Source: Trichoplax sp. H2
Lineage: Eukaryota
Assembly: GCA_003344405.1 (NCBI GenBank)
Contig: NOWV01000171.1
Coordinates: 1 to 53,557 of the forward strand
DNA: 53,557 bases
Reading direction: 5' to 3'
The position numbers and the translations under genes were made by a program. A model generated the notes under the pieces. That model had not been told where the DNA came from, did not search any database, and saw only the letters and a list, made by a program, of their open reading frames with translations. Position 1 is the stretch's first letter; the number at the start of each line of letters is the position of its first letter. Positions 1 through 13,680 of the stretch are shown piece by piece.

Positions 1-29
1 GAGTTTAACGTAACGAAGGTTACCTGTAA

Positions 30-378
30 CTTACAATAGGAATTACTCTCTAATTATAAATGTGTTACAGTAAATTTAATGCTGTGCGGTAATGCGCACT
101 GAAATGATTCGGTGAATGGACATGTTGTAGTCTCAATGTGAAAAATTAGTTAGTAGATGTTCTCACCAAGATGATGCGTGAATGTTAGCTGCTGTAGAAG
201 GGTATATAAGCCCGTCAGATAGTTGAATAAAGTAGTTCTCAATTGTCTAGTTGAGTTTAACGTAGAATCAAAGGCGTCTAAATTCTTATGAGATAGTTAA
301 GGGATACTGAATCCCGGAGACTATAGTATTTTAGAGATTTGTTTTACGTTATCTTTGTCACGAAGTTGGTTTGTGACA
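30..378 (+). repeat. Interspersed repeat, copy 1 (about 349 bp). Contains the TATA-like motif gggtatataagcccg followed by ttgaataaag. Lies inside an intron of the glutamate-receptor gene.
   Basis: Aligns end to end at about 88% identity with 20287..20635, with small indels. Both copies stop at ggtttgtgaca. Seen directly in the sequence. Confidence 0.85.
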
Positions 379-843
379 AATATGCAGTAAAACATTATGT
401 AGCGTAGAATAGCCGTTCGTGCATAAAATGTAAAATAAATGTGGGTGGTGGCCGATACGTTAATATTTTACACTTTAGAGATGAAAAACCGATTCATTTC
501 AGAGGCATAAGTATAACAAAGACTTTATGTTGCAGTACTATTTGATGCTTTAATTAAATTAAACTAATTGATGAAATCCAAGTAGTTTTAAATCAATTTA
601 TTTACTAGATTAATTCTAACTTAGCAGCAAAGCGTAATTGTTTATTGATTCTGTCCTAAAATTACTATTTTATGCAACTAGTAATATGCTATTATCGTAT
701 TTCAGCTTATATAACTATACAATACCCCAGCTTTGCGATCCGAAAAGATTTGAAACAATTACTAACCAAATATAGACACTAATGATTATTACGGTCAATG
801 ATAGAAATTTTCTAAATTGATGAGATAAATACTAATATTGCAG

Positions 844-1241
844 TCGTTATTTACTTTCTTGACAGCCGTCGATTCTATTCAAAAACTTGCAACTCAAAAT
901 AAAATAAAGTATGGAACTGTTCAAGGAAGCAGCGTTGACAATTTCTTTCACAAAACTGGTCTTAGTCCTTATTATGAAATGGCTCCGTATATGGCCAATG
1001 TTCCCACTACTCAACAAGGCGTCCAAAAGGCTAAAGAAGGCAATTACGCTTTTCTATGGGACGCAGCTTTGTTAAACTATTATAAGAATATACATTGCGA
1101 TGTTATGACCGTTGGTGGTGAATTCCATAAAGATGGCTACGGACTAGGGCTGAGAAAAGGATCACCCTATACGCAAGAGTTTAGCGTAGCTATTTTAAAA
1201 TTAAGGCAAAATGGTTTCATTGAAAATAGAATAAAAAAATG
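844..1241 (+). CDS. Ionotropic glutamate receptor exon: the S2 ligand-binding lobe after M3 (kainate/AMPA-like). The gene is 5'-truncated by the window edge.
   Basis: Translation ...KYGTVQGSSVDNFFHK...EGNYAFLWDAALLNYYKNIHCDVMTVGGEFHKDGYGLGLRKGSPY...AILKLRQNGFIENRIKKW matches the iGluR S2 consensus (YAFLLES...C...GG...GYG...KGS...L.E.G..L..KW). Acceptor ttgcag at 838-843. An in-frame stop lies upstream at 826-828. Donor TG|GTAAGT is phase 2. Confidence 0.8.
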
Positions 1242-1839
1242 GTAAGTCATTTTATCAGCTATTGTAATTCATTCATTGTAAGATCCTTAGACATATATGA
1301 CGGTCTTAAAAATTCTTCAAATCCATTATTATCATACTTTTAAAACTTATAATGCACCGTATTCACGCTATTGATTGATTTAATTAATAAATAAAATCAT
1401 GAAGAGATCTGAAAATCTTAATGAATAGATACCACAGATAACCAAGTTGTCGGAAAAAAATTGGATTTAATATGTAGTATTATGCTATGAAGTAATACGA
1501 GTACGGTACATCACTGCTAATACACATACCCGTAGAAGGAACGCTCCTGATTATTATATGTAAGAGATACAGCAATATAGCCAAATAGCCACACTCTTAT
1601 ACACGTATAATCTGTTGTCCACAAGTTTCAAGCAAAAAGATTTTCCGGATCAGTTCAAAAATAACTGGATATCATTTATTTCTATCCATTTATTAGTTAC
1701 GCGAGTTATAAATATTCGTAAATACTACTGAGTACTAAGGTCATAATAGAATATATCACATAAGTTAGGCAGCGATTTTATATGATTTAATTTTATAAAG
1801 TTATATTAACACATGCAAATTCCATATATTTTCAATCAG

Positions 1840-2035
1840 GTACGATAAAACTAAGGTTACTTGCATTGGTAACGGTCAGAATAACGAAAAGCTTGCAGAA
1901 TATCAAGAGATTGATATCAGCCACATCTATGGAGTCTTTGTGCTACTTTTATTTGCAACAGGAACTAGCTTTTTGATTCTTTTGATCGAGTGGATAATAG
2001 CTTTATGGCAAAGTATTGATCCTATGGATCCCGAC
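1840..2035 (+). CDS. Ionotropic glutamate receptor exon: the conserved WYDK motif plus transmembrane helix M4.
   Basis: Acceptor caatcag. The first G completes the Trp codon split by the previous exon, giving KW|WYDKTKVTCIGNGQ...HIYGVFVLLLFATGTSFLILLIEWIIALWQS (hydrophobic M4). Donor GAC|GTAAGT is phase 0. Confidence 0.8.
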
Positions 2036-2588
2036 GTAAGTATTAATTGATATGATACAATGTCTTTGATATAATTCTTAAAGTTAGCTCCTTAAAAGAA
2101 CTTGACCATCAAAGTCTATTTATCCGTAACTGTATAACGCAAAGTTCAATTATAATAGGCAAACTAGGTATACATTGCTTTCTCTAGTATGCATATATAA
2201 TATCAACATCATAGATTACTAATATTAAAAAAGTAGTACTGTGGTAGTCGCTACAAATATATTTTCACTCATCATCAGCATCAGAGGCCGATTAAGAAAA
2301 TATTTAATTTACTAATGCTCTTCTAAAACCAAGTCTATTGTACCAAATGAGATTTAATAGCAAAATTACTTACTAGTAAGATTTATTTCCATAATATCAA
2401 TAGTAGAGTTTAAGCTGCTTTTTAGCTGTACTGAAGTATGGTATCTGGAACCTTCAATTTGATATTTATAAAATTTTTAGGCCTTGCAATCCTGACTTAA
2501 ATATATATTAACACTAATATATTTAAATTGCCGTACTAATACTAAAATTAGACATTTTTTCATTTATCACCGCTAAATTTCAATCTAG

Positions 2589-2747
2589 AAACCAAAAACG
2601 TTATTTCAAGCATTAAAATTGATGTTTGCCAAGTTTAAGCTGGCCAGAGAATTAATCAAAAATCCTGATTCTATAGCAGTAAGCTACACAGCTTCAAAAA
2701 GCTCAAAAGTTCCTGATAAAAAGCTAGCATCTCCAATTGAATGTTGA
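2589..2747 (+). CDS. Candidate terminal exon of the glutamate receptor (cytoplasmic tail). Speculative.
   Basis: The first phase-0-compatible acceptor (caatctag|AAA) downstream of M4 opens a 52-aa Ser/Lys-rich ORF, KPKTLFQALKLMFAKFKLARELIKNPDSIAVSYTASKSSKVPDKKLASPIEC*. There is no homology evidence. Confidence 0.3.
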   Translation, partial: KPKTLFQALKLMFAKFKLARELIKNPDSIAVSYTASKSSKVPDKKLASPIEC

Positions 2748-3380
2748 TAACCAAATGATGAAGATGTTTGTTAATCTTTTTATTTCCCAATCTGGAGTAA
2801 AATCATATTGTAAATTCCTGGCGTAAAGTATTTATAATCAGTAACAATTTATAATACCATCCTTATCCAATAATATTGTTAAAGAATAAATGTAACAGTA
2901 ATTTTTAAAGAAAATGTAATATATTTCTTGGAATAAGCGCTAAAAATCGAATCAATTTATCCATGCATAGAATAAATTTAACATTAAGGTCTAAATAAGT
3001 AATAAGTTCTATTTTGCTTTCAAAGGCATTCTTGATGAAATTGAATTTCATGCGTAGGTGTAAATAACAAATAAAATTAATTGAAATATTTATAAATATT
3101 ATTATTATGGTAAGACATTTAGAGCGAAGCTAGATAAGAATAAAATGAGACCGTATCATTTGATAAATTTCACGTTAACGACAATTATCATCGTATTCGT
3201 ATTAGAAATTGATTATGAGACTAACCTTTATTATTAACTTTAGACTTTAAGTTTGAAGTGCAATAAATTTAATTCTTGCAGTGTTGATAAATTTACCGCG
3301 ATTTCTGGTTATACATTTCGCAAAAGCTTTACAATTAAAAGGTATTCAAAATATTAAAGATTTCGTTACTTATAGACCTT

Positions 3381-3406
3381 ATTATATTATATTATATTAT
3401 ATTATA
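3381..3406. repeat. (ATTAT)5 pentanucleotide microsatellite.
   Basis: attatattatattatattatattata is seen directly. Confidence 0.9.
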
Positions 3407-5128
3407 CACGCATTATACTATAGATTAGATCTTATAGATTATAGGTTCTATTAGTTCAGTAATACTAGTACAAAAAATTGCAAAGTATCAAAACATCAAT
3501 ATCTCGCGATGGTACTAGTATCCTAGAGTATTGACCATTATACTATAAAGAATAAGCATACAGTTTATTATTAGTTGCAGTCAGTTCAATTTAATTATGG
3601 TATATAGATAAATAGAATAAGAAACCAGATGGTAACAATTATATTGTCTTGCTCAAAACTTTTATTTTACTATCTTGGCATATCAATAGAATCAGTATAT
3701 CTATCAAATTAAATTTTTTCATCTACTTTTCCAACATAACAATAATAGATAACAAAATAATTGTATAGCTTCAAATAATAAGCTACGATGATAACCAGAC
3801 AACATTATCTGTTAAGTATTTATCGGTTACTACAAATAAGGTTAATAAAATCATCTTTATCCATCTATTGTGTCTAGCATATGAAATTTGTTAAAGAAAT
3901 TGAACAAAATATGGTTATTTAAATATCATCTTTAAACATACACTATATTGTTCTTAAAAGAGGGCAACTGTAACTGATTAAGACAGATTACACAATTCCA
4001 GCTTTAACATAATTTCCTTTCCTTGGATATTTAACAATGTATAGGGATAATATCCTAATTTCCATTTTTCTCGTTGCGGATGTCTTACGTAAATTGTCAA
4101 CTGATGAATTACTGGCACATGATCAATACATTAAGTTTAGCATTTATCCTAAGGTAGTGGAAATAATTATACAATAATACTCTCCAAGTATCGGCTTACA
4201 GTGTAGCATTATGCTAAGTTATTCCAATACAGTCAATTACTTTAATTTATCTTAGGTATGCAAACATCCGATAGTATATTATCAATTATTTTACAATTCA
4301 TATTGTAACGATTAGAAACTATGTTTTCGGATTGGATTTAGCGATAATATCCATGAAATCGAATGTAATTTACATGAATTGCAACTTAATAGCTGAGAGT
4401 ATTTGAATCACTGTTTTGATTATACCTTAATTTCCTAAAACTAAAAGTCAATAGATCAATATTAAATTTTTACTTGATCCATAAATTCTGAAAACAATTG
4501 TTACGCTGATAATAATGACATCATGATATTGAAATTTCAGAAAGGGTTGTAAATAATGCAAATTAAAAAATTTAATGGATTACCGATTGAAAGGCGGCTA
4601 GAATTCAGTATGTCAATGCAGATAACTAAAATTTCTTCAAAATACCTATATTGAAAATCTAAAAATTACCGATTCCGAAGAAAATATAGACATCAATAAT
4701 AGTTACTTGAGTTAAAAGAGTAAACTAATATTAATATACTAACAACAAATATAAAAGATGCAATACAAGTGTAAAAGTAATTTCAATCTTTATGTTAATA
4801 GCCCTCATGAACACGTTCTGCATAATAGTTATTGGTGATTGTAGGCATATGATTCACTAATTATAGTTCCTCCCATTGGTCATAATGAAACTTCTATGAT
4901 AAAATGAAAATGTTGCTAAATGCGTAATGCTATTGTTGATAGACTACCAGTGTCACTTTTTCCTGTGATTGTTTAAGAGTTGCTCTTTAAACTAACCAAT
5001 ACAATAAATATTATACACATTAAGGGCATACAATCATTATCACACATTTTATCTTCAAGAGGTAACATTATTAACAACTTAAATTTCGCCGAATAATTAA
5101 TTAATCGTGGAGACGATATAATTTTGCA

Positions 5129-5331
5129 ATGAATATCACATATCGCACCGGTTTTACTCCGACATTCGCTATGATATCTATAATTATGCAAGCTATTCTT
5201 TCCAGCGTTGGCATTCCAGGGAATGCATTAATTTTTATACATATTGCAAAGAAAGGTTCAAGGCGATTACGAATGAAAGATGTCTTGGTTTTGAATTTAG
5301 CAAGTTCTGATTTCCTTTATTGCTTTTTAAG
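5129..5331 (+). CDS. Orphan class A (rhodopsin-like) GPCR, paralog 1, exon 1. Encodes the N-terminus with an NIT glycosylation sequon, TM1 (GIPGNALIF) and TM2 (LVLNLASSDFLY).
   Basis: ATG at 5129. TM1 GN motif and TM2 LNLAxxD motif are present. Donor TTA AG|GTAAGA is phase 2. Confidence 0.85.
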
Positions 5332-7699
5332 GTAAGAGAAATAATAATTAACTTTTGCTTTATGCATCTCTAAAGATTACCCAAAATTTGTTAATTAACC
5401 CTTCTCACTGTTTTATCAAAGTCATATTGATAGTATAACATGTAGTAAATTTATCAACAAAATCCAAGAGAATATCTCTCTCTGTAAATAAATAAAATCA
5501 GTAAAATCATTAATACCTATAAAGATGTCACATAATTTCTACGATACGAAAAACGACTTAAAAGCACCATTTTGCAATAGATTATACAGTCTTATACTCT
5601 GCAAGTTGCTATTACGTTTGCAACCAATTTGGTATAATTCTATGCTAATAAATTCTAAGCTACTTTAAAGTACTGCATAGGTAACACTATGTCACGGTGA
5701 TAACTCACCGTACCAAATTAGTACATGCTTTGCGGCTACAATGATATTGTAAGCCGAGGAGTACGTAACCAGATATAGATTGTAGACGGTACGATTTAAA
5801 TTGTGATGTGTTAAAGGCATTTATATCTATAGTTGGATTAGCAGTATTCTAAGAGGTGTATAAAAGCTTGTAGATAAAATCTATTTAAACGATTGGACAA
5901 ATTAATAAAAGTTAGTTCTTAGTTCCTAAGGTTAGAAGTATAACGTAAATCGAAGGAGTACGAATTATTGCGAGATCGTAGATTCGATCACAACGTTATC
6001 TTGTCACACGGGAGTTTGTGACACACTAAGCCTTTAAAAGCATCATCCGGGCAATATCCTTTCTAAGATCTATTATGGAAACTACATAATTCTATATTAG
6101 TGGGTATGAAGGAGCGATATTAATAAGCGAAAACAATCAAGTTTTAATCGCAGCATTTACAATTTGTCGAAATTGCATGATAGCTCCATTTACAGCCATA
6201 TTTTAAAGGGTTTTTAAAAATATGAGGTTAATCCTTAAACAACAAATTTCTACTGCAACAGTTATATTTATTTAAATATAATTCACGTTGCAATGTCCTT
6301 ACTAGGCTAAAGTCGTGGGAATAAATAATGAGATATTAATACCCCAGGAGATTTTATATCTAGTATTTATTCAGCAATTAACTATTCAACATTTGATATT
6401 GTAACTTTGGAATGTTGATGGTCTATAATAAATAAAGGAAGTTTACCTCTTATACGTGCTAAGGATTAAGTATTATAATTGCCTATAGCTACAAAATTAA
6501 GCTCTGAATATCGTAATTTTCGCGAGTGTATATGCCGGAGCGCCATTAAGTAAATAACTTTTCTGGCTAAACCTCAAGACGTAACTTTCAACTATTTTTG
6601 AATCCACATCTTCAGGTCCACAATTCCAAGTTAAAAATTTTTCATTACAGTCCTAAATTAGTCATACTACCAGGGATAAAGTGTATTTACTTTATGATAA
6701 ATAAATATCGATAAGTACCGTCGTCATTCTAATCTTTAATATCTTAGACTACTTAGTTGGAAATATCATTCTGTTTATTTTGATTTTAAATAACATTATC
6801 TACTTTAAGTTTTCTTCTTAAAAAGCTTAAATATGCCGATAGAGTTTACAACACAAACAAATACAAATATAAAAATATGTTCTAAATAATATTAGAAGAT
6901 ATTTTCGCAAACTTTAAATTTTACTAAGTTATTGTTCACTATTGAATCGTATAAATAGCAAATTAAAGGAAATGTAAAAATAGAGCCTAATCAATAGCAT
7001 AGCTGAAATTATCAGTACAAATGCATTTATTTATTTATAGGACAACAAAGATAGCTCATTTTTGTTACCATAGTAGCATCTATCATAGATTTACACAAAG
7101 TACAATACTTACCGCATATACCCTATATGATCAGCATTCATCATTATGCTGATTTATTTCTTTGCAGAAAATCTTGTTATACCATCTTCATAAAATGGGG
7201 GAATATCTTATACAGTATTTTCAAAATTTATTTTACATCAGATTTTAGCCTATTCCACATGGAAAATTAAGATATCGGTAGATGCCAAACGATCTCTTAT
7301 TCCCTTAACAAATAAATCATTTGCAGACAGGAGTGAAAGGGATTTTTTTATATAAGATTTACTTTTAGATGATACTAGCAGCAAATCGATACTCTAAAGT
7401 AAAAAGCACAGCGTTTGTTCAGTTAAAACAATTATTTCAAAATAATTCTGTTAGATTTAACCTTCATATTTACCATTTTTATGGATACAAAATTGATATT
7501 TGAATCCTGTAATATCAAGTGTTTGATTTCATCATGATTTCCTAAACAAATAATATACACTGCTTTTACTCAACCATTTAGTCATGAATAAAATTCAATT
7601 TTACTAATTTATTAATTTCACTTTTTTCATATACGGAATTTTTGATGCTCTTCCAATTTATGAATCAAGCTGCTGCATATTTATGCCTGATCTTATCAG

Positions 7700-8630
7700 G
7701 ATAACCATTGGTGATATACCGATCTACACCAAAAATTCTTGGAGGTGTCGATTAGGGAAAGCTGCACCATTATATGCTGGAGTCGTCAATATCTATTCAA
7801 TGGCAGCAATAGCAGTAGCGAGATATGTTGTCGTTGTTCAGCCTAAGAAATCATCATGGATTAAAGATAAAAGAAGTTATTTTATAATCACTTTGATCAT
7901 TTGGGTCATACCATTTGTAATAGTATTGCCACCGGTTATTGGGTTTTGGGGTAAATACACCTACTTTCGTGATATTGGTGTATGCTTTTCCATTTATTTT
8001 ATTACCCAAGATTTGAAGTATAAGTCCTATTTCTTCTTCCTTTCCTCTTTTGGTATAATTATACCGACATTAACTATGATAATGTGTTATACCTCGATAT
8101 ATCTTGCCGTTAGAGAAAGTCGAAGACGCTTGGCTAGGCACTCCAACAACAGTTTTAATCAAGTACATCCTGAAGCTGCCAACGAAAATGGAAATTCTTC
8201 GAAAAAATTAAAGCGCCTGCGAAAATGTAAGCATGGGAAAGGATCATCGCAAATGTTACGAACTTCAGTTAGCAATGACAGTTCTAAAAGTAGCGCAGCA
8301 AGTTCATCTCGATCTCCAGAAGTTAGTAAACAAGAATTAAAACTAACAGCAACCTTGGCTCTTATCTTTATATCCTATTTGGTTACCTACATACCATACA
8401 CAATCTCGATGATTATTAATTTTTTCCTATACCAACCTGAAATTATACAATTACAGTTTGGTTTTCTATTCGTCAGCTACACTGGTAACGCTATCAACCC
8501 AATCATCTTTTACAAGCGCGATAAACGATTCAGGCAACTAGTTCTATCATGCCTTGAATTTTTTATACCAAGAAAGCGTCGTCGACATAATACCGTCATA
8601 CATCGATTTATCGTGGAAAGTAATTTCTAA
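7700..8630 (+). CDS. Orphan class A GPCR, paralog 1, exon 2. Encodes TM3 to the C-terminus: TM3 Cys with an ARY triplet at the DRY position, a long Ser/Lys/Arg-rich ICL3, TM7 NPIIFY, and a helix-8-like KRDKRF.
   Basis: Acceptor ctgatcttatcag|G is phase-matched, giving AG+G=Arg. The 310-codon ORF runs to TAA at 8628-8630. Motifs seen: WRCRLGKAAPLYAGVVNIYSMAAIAVARY and GNAINPIIFYKRDKRF. Confidence 0.85.
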
Positions 8631-11600
8631 ATTTCGCAAATGCAGATAATATTGATCGATCATCATACCTGTTGAATTTTACCATATTTCTATTATGGTG
8701 GCTAAATCCTATAAGAAATGAACAACTACCTGCATACTTCCTTAAGGAATAAAATATACCCTAATTACATTGTAAACATATCTAAGGATAGCGGAACGAG
8801 CAAATGTGTATTAAAACCGCGAAAAGATCGAGAATAGAAACAAGATATCATCAATAACATATTAAATTTAAAATTACCAATAATTCTTTATCATTATTGA
8901 ATTTTAAAGGCAGAATATAAATATATTATAGCCTTTGAAGCCAAATTAAAGGTTTTTTAAATAATTACGAAAGTATTCCAATAGTACTGTATATAATAAG
9001 TTATGTACTTAAACACTTATTTTACAAGTCTTTCAGTAATTTGATATTAGAAAGCTAATGAAATTTGAGTGTAATTATATTAATATATGCCTCTAAAGTG
9101 ATGCTTCTTCGTGGAAGTAATTGTGCTTATTCTATATTTTAGCCGTGTTGGGTACCACACCATGAGGTGATTTTTCTTTGCCATATCTGGCATTATAAGT
9201 AATTTAGAAATTTTTTAAAATATCCTAGCATCCATTTATCCTTTAACACGCGATCGAACTCTCTTAAAATTTAAGCAGTTACGTAAATATTGAATAAATT
9301 TCCTACTAGATTATGATAATTAATAAAATTAATCTAAAAGAAGCACTGCATGATAATTACCGTAAGTTAACATGACATTTTTAATGTACGAAAAAATACC
9401 GTTATTACTACTGAAATTATTGCTTTGCTCTATCGTTGGTCACTAGTTTAAATAAGTAATACCTGAATGATCAGAGATACATATATAAGGTTCCCGTTGG
9501 CATTTAATTTTATTTTTTTCTTACAGTGCTAGTATTATGTATGAAGATATTGGTTCTTGGCTATCTAACCTACCTTCGTATTTTAAAATTGTTAGAACTG
9601 TACATACCTGTGGTATTGCTTGTTTCGATTTTTTCGTTGCAAGGCAATAAAAATATTATCTATTGAGTCTGATATTTGATTTCCTAAGTTGAAATGTTAA
9701 ATCCTTGCTAGAAATACTAGCAATACCATCATAATTTGATGCATAAATATTTGTAACATACATACTAGTAGCCTTAGAAATTCTCTAATTATGCTATTGC
9801 CTTTGTAATAAGTTTGACAAGAGGCCAATAATTATAGATTTTTACAACGTGCTCATTTACACACACTTTTTACGATCAAAATTTTGATACGTGTATTCTA
9901 TAGCATGATTGCAATCATTAAAATTAACTGAGCGATGCAAAAAACATAAAGATGACAAGTGCTCCATCAACTTATCTATCTAGACGTAAAGATACTTATA
10001 AGCATCTTATAATCACCTAAAAATTTCGGATATTTCACCAAAATCGCAAAATTATCATTTGCTGATATGCGTATAAATGTCGAAAAATATTTTTTCTTTG
10101 CAACTCTTTCCACTCGCTAAACTATTTTTTGTTCATTTACGAAGCTGATTATCCCTTTAAATATTTAAATGGGTGTCTTCTAATAATAATATAGCATAAC
10201 TTATTATCACCAGTTATAGCAGCATCTATCTCTTCCAAGAAACACCTATACACTGTAGCACTCGATTCAATATCACACAGTCGTTCAAAGTTTAACTAAT
10301 TGCTTACCAAATAAGTGAAATCATATCTGCTATACATAATTCAAGTTTGACAATGTAATTCAGTAATTACTTCCAAGCTATGCACTTACACGTAAATATG
10401 TAAGTATCAAGTAAACCTTTTTATCTTTTACCAGTGTTCGAGACTGATTGCAAAATTATTAACAATAGAGCAAGCATATCTATAAGTATGTTTATTAAAG
10501 TGTATGATAAGTTTCTTATTCGCTAAATTTGATAGTAAATATGACATGAAATTGCACAGTTACATCCGAGGAGTAGATCTACTTCATCTAGAAACGTAAA
10601 TAATTTAATTTCAAGGCTATAAACGGTTGTCTATAAAGTAACGATTTAATATAATTTAATAAATCATAATCGATCAATGAATCATATCGTTCTTCTATAA
10701 CTTTGCGAGCATCATAACTTATAATATTGTCTCATATTGTTATCAATAGCATTAAATGAATTTTTATATCAACTGTTGAATAATAAAGGTTTAAGCTATT
10801 AATTATTAATGAAGGCTAAGACGATGGAATATACACTATTGTATCGATTTTATCAAAAAAATTTTCCTTTGGAATCCAATTTATTTTATATTCGCAATAT
10901 ACTTAAAATCATAGTAAAGTATCAGCAAAGCTCCGCATGCTTACCAAATAAGATAGTGGTCTATCATTGCGGGAAAACGATAAGAAAACCTACTAATCAT
11001 CAAATCTACTTATATTTCGATGCGATTACCTTACGATGCCAAATTCATAAGAGTATACACGATAATAAGAATTTAAATACATTTCTTAAAAGTATCATAT
11101 AGTCAGTATCTATATGACTTTGATAGAAAAATGTTAGCATACAAAGAAACTAAATCTGGATTTTTAATTTAGCCAAGATGCTGTAAATTGTCAACGATAT
11201 TTCCAGATATCGAAAGCATTCGTAACTCGCTAAATTAATCACTTCAAATTTACAAATCACTTTTTACTCATTTTCATATATATCGTATTAAGATTTCCAG
11301 CGGTAACTTACTCGAGATAAAACTACCGTAAATTATTTATTTGCCCAAAGGTTTTTAAATTTAAGATGTTGAAAAATCTAAATGTAGCAAAGTTAAATCT
11401 ATCTCTTTGTGCATTGTTACTACTACAATATCTTCTCAAACTCTTCTAGTTTTCGCATAAAATTAATAATTTTATTGCAACTTGGAAATGACTTTTTTAA
11501 TATCTTGCAGAGTATTAATAGATGATGTCATATATTAGGAATGCTTTAATATATTTAAAGTAAATCATCTTAGTGACCTTCAGTTACATTACAAAGATGA

Positions 11601-13453
11601 TTAGCATAACTTATAGATACACTTTACTTCCATTTAGCCATGCGAGTATTATCAGTCTATAACGGAACGCTATAGAATTATGATAGTTTAAATAGCTCAA
11701 ATTTTCAAACGTGAAAATTAGCCGATCATCTCCACTACCAATTTTGAATAATTCATTTAAATAAATAAATAAATTACTAAAATATACATTATAATGGGTC
11801 TGTGTAGTCTATATCAAGAGAAATAATTATAGTTGAATCTAAACTACACGAGTCTTGTATAAATAGTTTAAAAATCAATCAAGATATCTTAAGATGACTA
11901 ATCAATTTGCCCCAATTTCTGAGGCATCTTTGTAATAAGATTAAAAAATAAACTGATGACCTTAATACCAATATTTGTAGCCATTATGCAAATGGATAGC
12001 CAATATTATGAAGTAACAACATCTTGTCTATTTAACTTGCCGACTATATGAACTAATTCCTTGTGCGTTAGCCATGGCTTAATTGTAATATAATGCAAGC
12101 TTACTTTTACTCAAACTTGCAAGATTAATATTTACTGGACAAAATGTATTGCCTTGATTTGATCGACAAAAGTTCAATTAAGAATGAGACAGCGCGCAGG
12201 AAGAGTCTGTGATTAATTCAGTACTCTGCCAAAATATGCTTATTGCTAGCTTAACTTGATAGATATAAGCTCCATTTTACTAATGAGATCACCTTTATTC
12301 TGATGAGCATTCAAACTATATCTTTAAATTGATGGACAGAAGATATATTTAAGGATCAGAATATCATTATTGTTTATATATTAATTATCATTAGCTCTAC
12401 AAATTGATGATTTATATTACGTTGTTGATTGAGAGAATATGGCCAACAACAAATAGATGAATTTATCAGATATTAGATTGCTTTTTTCTATTCACGATAA
12501 TTCTCTTTGATCATTGCCTACTTTGTATACAACATTGAACTTACTGAATCGTGCATGCTAACGTTTGCTTCTAGGACTTAATCTGAATAAATCAATATTG
12601 ATTCGATCCTCATTAACATAATTAGCGCTTCTATCATAATTAAATTCTCTGTAGTTTTTATCGTTAGAACATCACTGATACAATGTAAAGTATACTGATT
12701 CCTTGTCTATGTACATGGAACCAATTCAAGTTAAGGCTTGATCTACTTTTTACTGTATTATGAACTTTTTGCTAGTGCTCTAGCTTTCAATCAATTACGC
12801 TGAATTCATTTAAAAGAGAGATTTCCTATTTCTCGCTAGAAACTAGGATTAGATAATGATTTAGCACCTACAAGCAATGTGGAGAAATATTTTAGAGGAT
12901 AATATGATGATCATGAAAAAGATTTTAAATCGTTTTATAATTAATATTGACATTAGGCTTAGTTTCTTTCATGTTACATCAAAAAGGTTACCGCTCGATT
13001 GAAAACTTATAAAGCGGCCGCAACGACAATTTTTATTAATTTTAACATATTTTGCTGGACTGTGAAAGAATTCAAAGAAGGCGCATTTTACATTAAAAAA
13101 TAGAACCTTTTTGGATAATGAACTTTCATTTCACTTGAAATATCCTAGCAGTGTTCCAATTCCATTTCAACGCATTCGATGTTCAATTAGTATTATAGCT
13201 ATTGAAAACCATACGCTGATTCATCCAATCTTTACCTGCAAAGAAACGCCAATAATTGATTTTAATTTATTTTTTGTCATTTCAAGAATTATACGTGCAT
13301 ACTCGTATAGCTATTCTTATAGCTTTGCAATAGTCTTTAAGTTAGTCCATAAAATCGCAGAGCTTTTAGAAATTTACATAACTTATTAACTACGCCCATG
13401 CTTTGGATATCCTCAGTCTTAAGTCAGATAAGTACTAAAAAATTTCATCGAAA

Positions 13454-13680
13454 ATGGATACTTCTTCTATCAATTTCACTACTGCCAACCAATCACAGCC
13501 TATTCTCACTCAAAAATTTACCTTAATAGTGATGGTACTACAAAGTTTTTTGGCTGTTATCGGCATTCCAACTAATATTACAGTCAGCGTCTATCTAATT
13601 TGGCAATGGAATAAAATCAAGCTAAACGATGCACTGATCCTAAATCTAGCACTAGCCGATGGATTATATTGCATACTGAG
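13454..13680 (+). CDS. Orphan class A GPCR, paralog 2, exon 1. Encodes the N-terminus with NFT and NQS sequons, TM1 and TM2 (LILNLALADGLY).
   Basis: ATG at 13454. Donor CTG AG|GTAAGA is phase 2, the same intron position as paralogs 1 and 3. Confidence 0.85.

Noticed and set aside
10809-11102. Isolated small ORFs: 10809-11102, 13111-13389, 4973-5191(-), 14205-14393, 16632-16817(-), 29486-29680, 38230-38511, 52153-52359 and others.
   Set aside because: They are low-complexity or AT-biased translations with no family resemblance and no flanking splice or start signals. Several start with TTG, because the ORF tool reports alternative starts as M.
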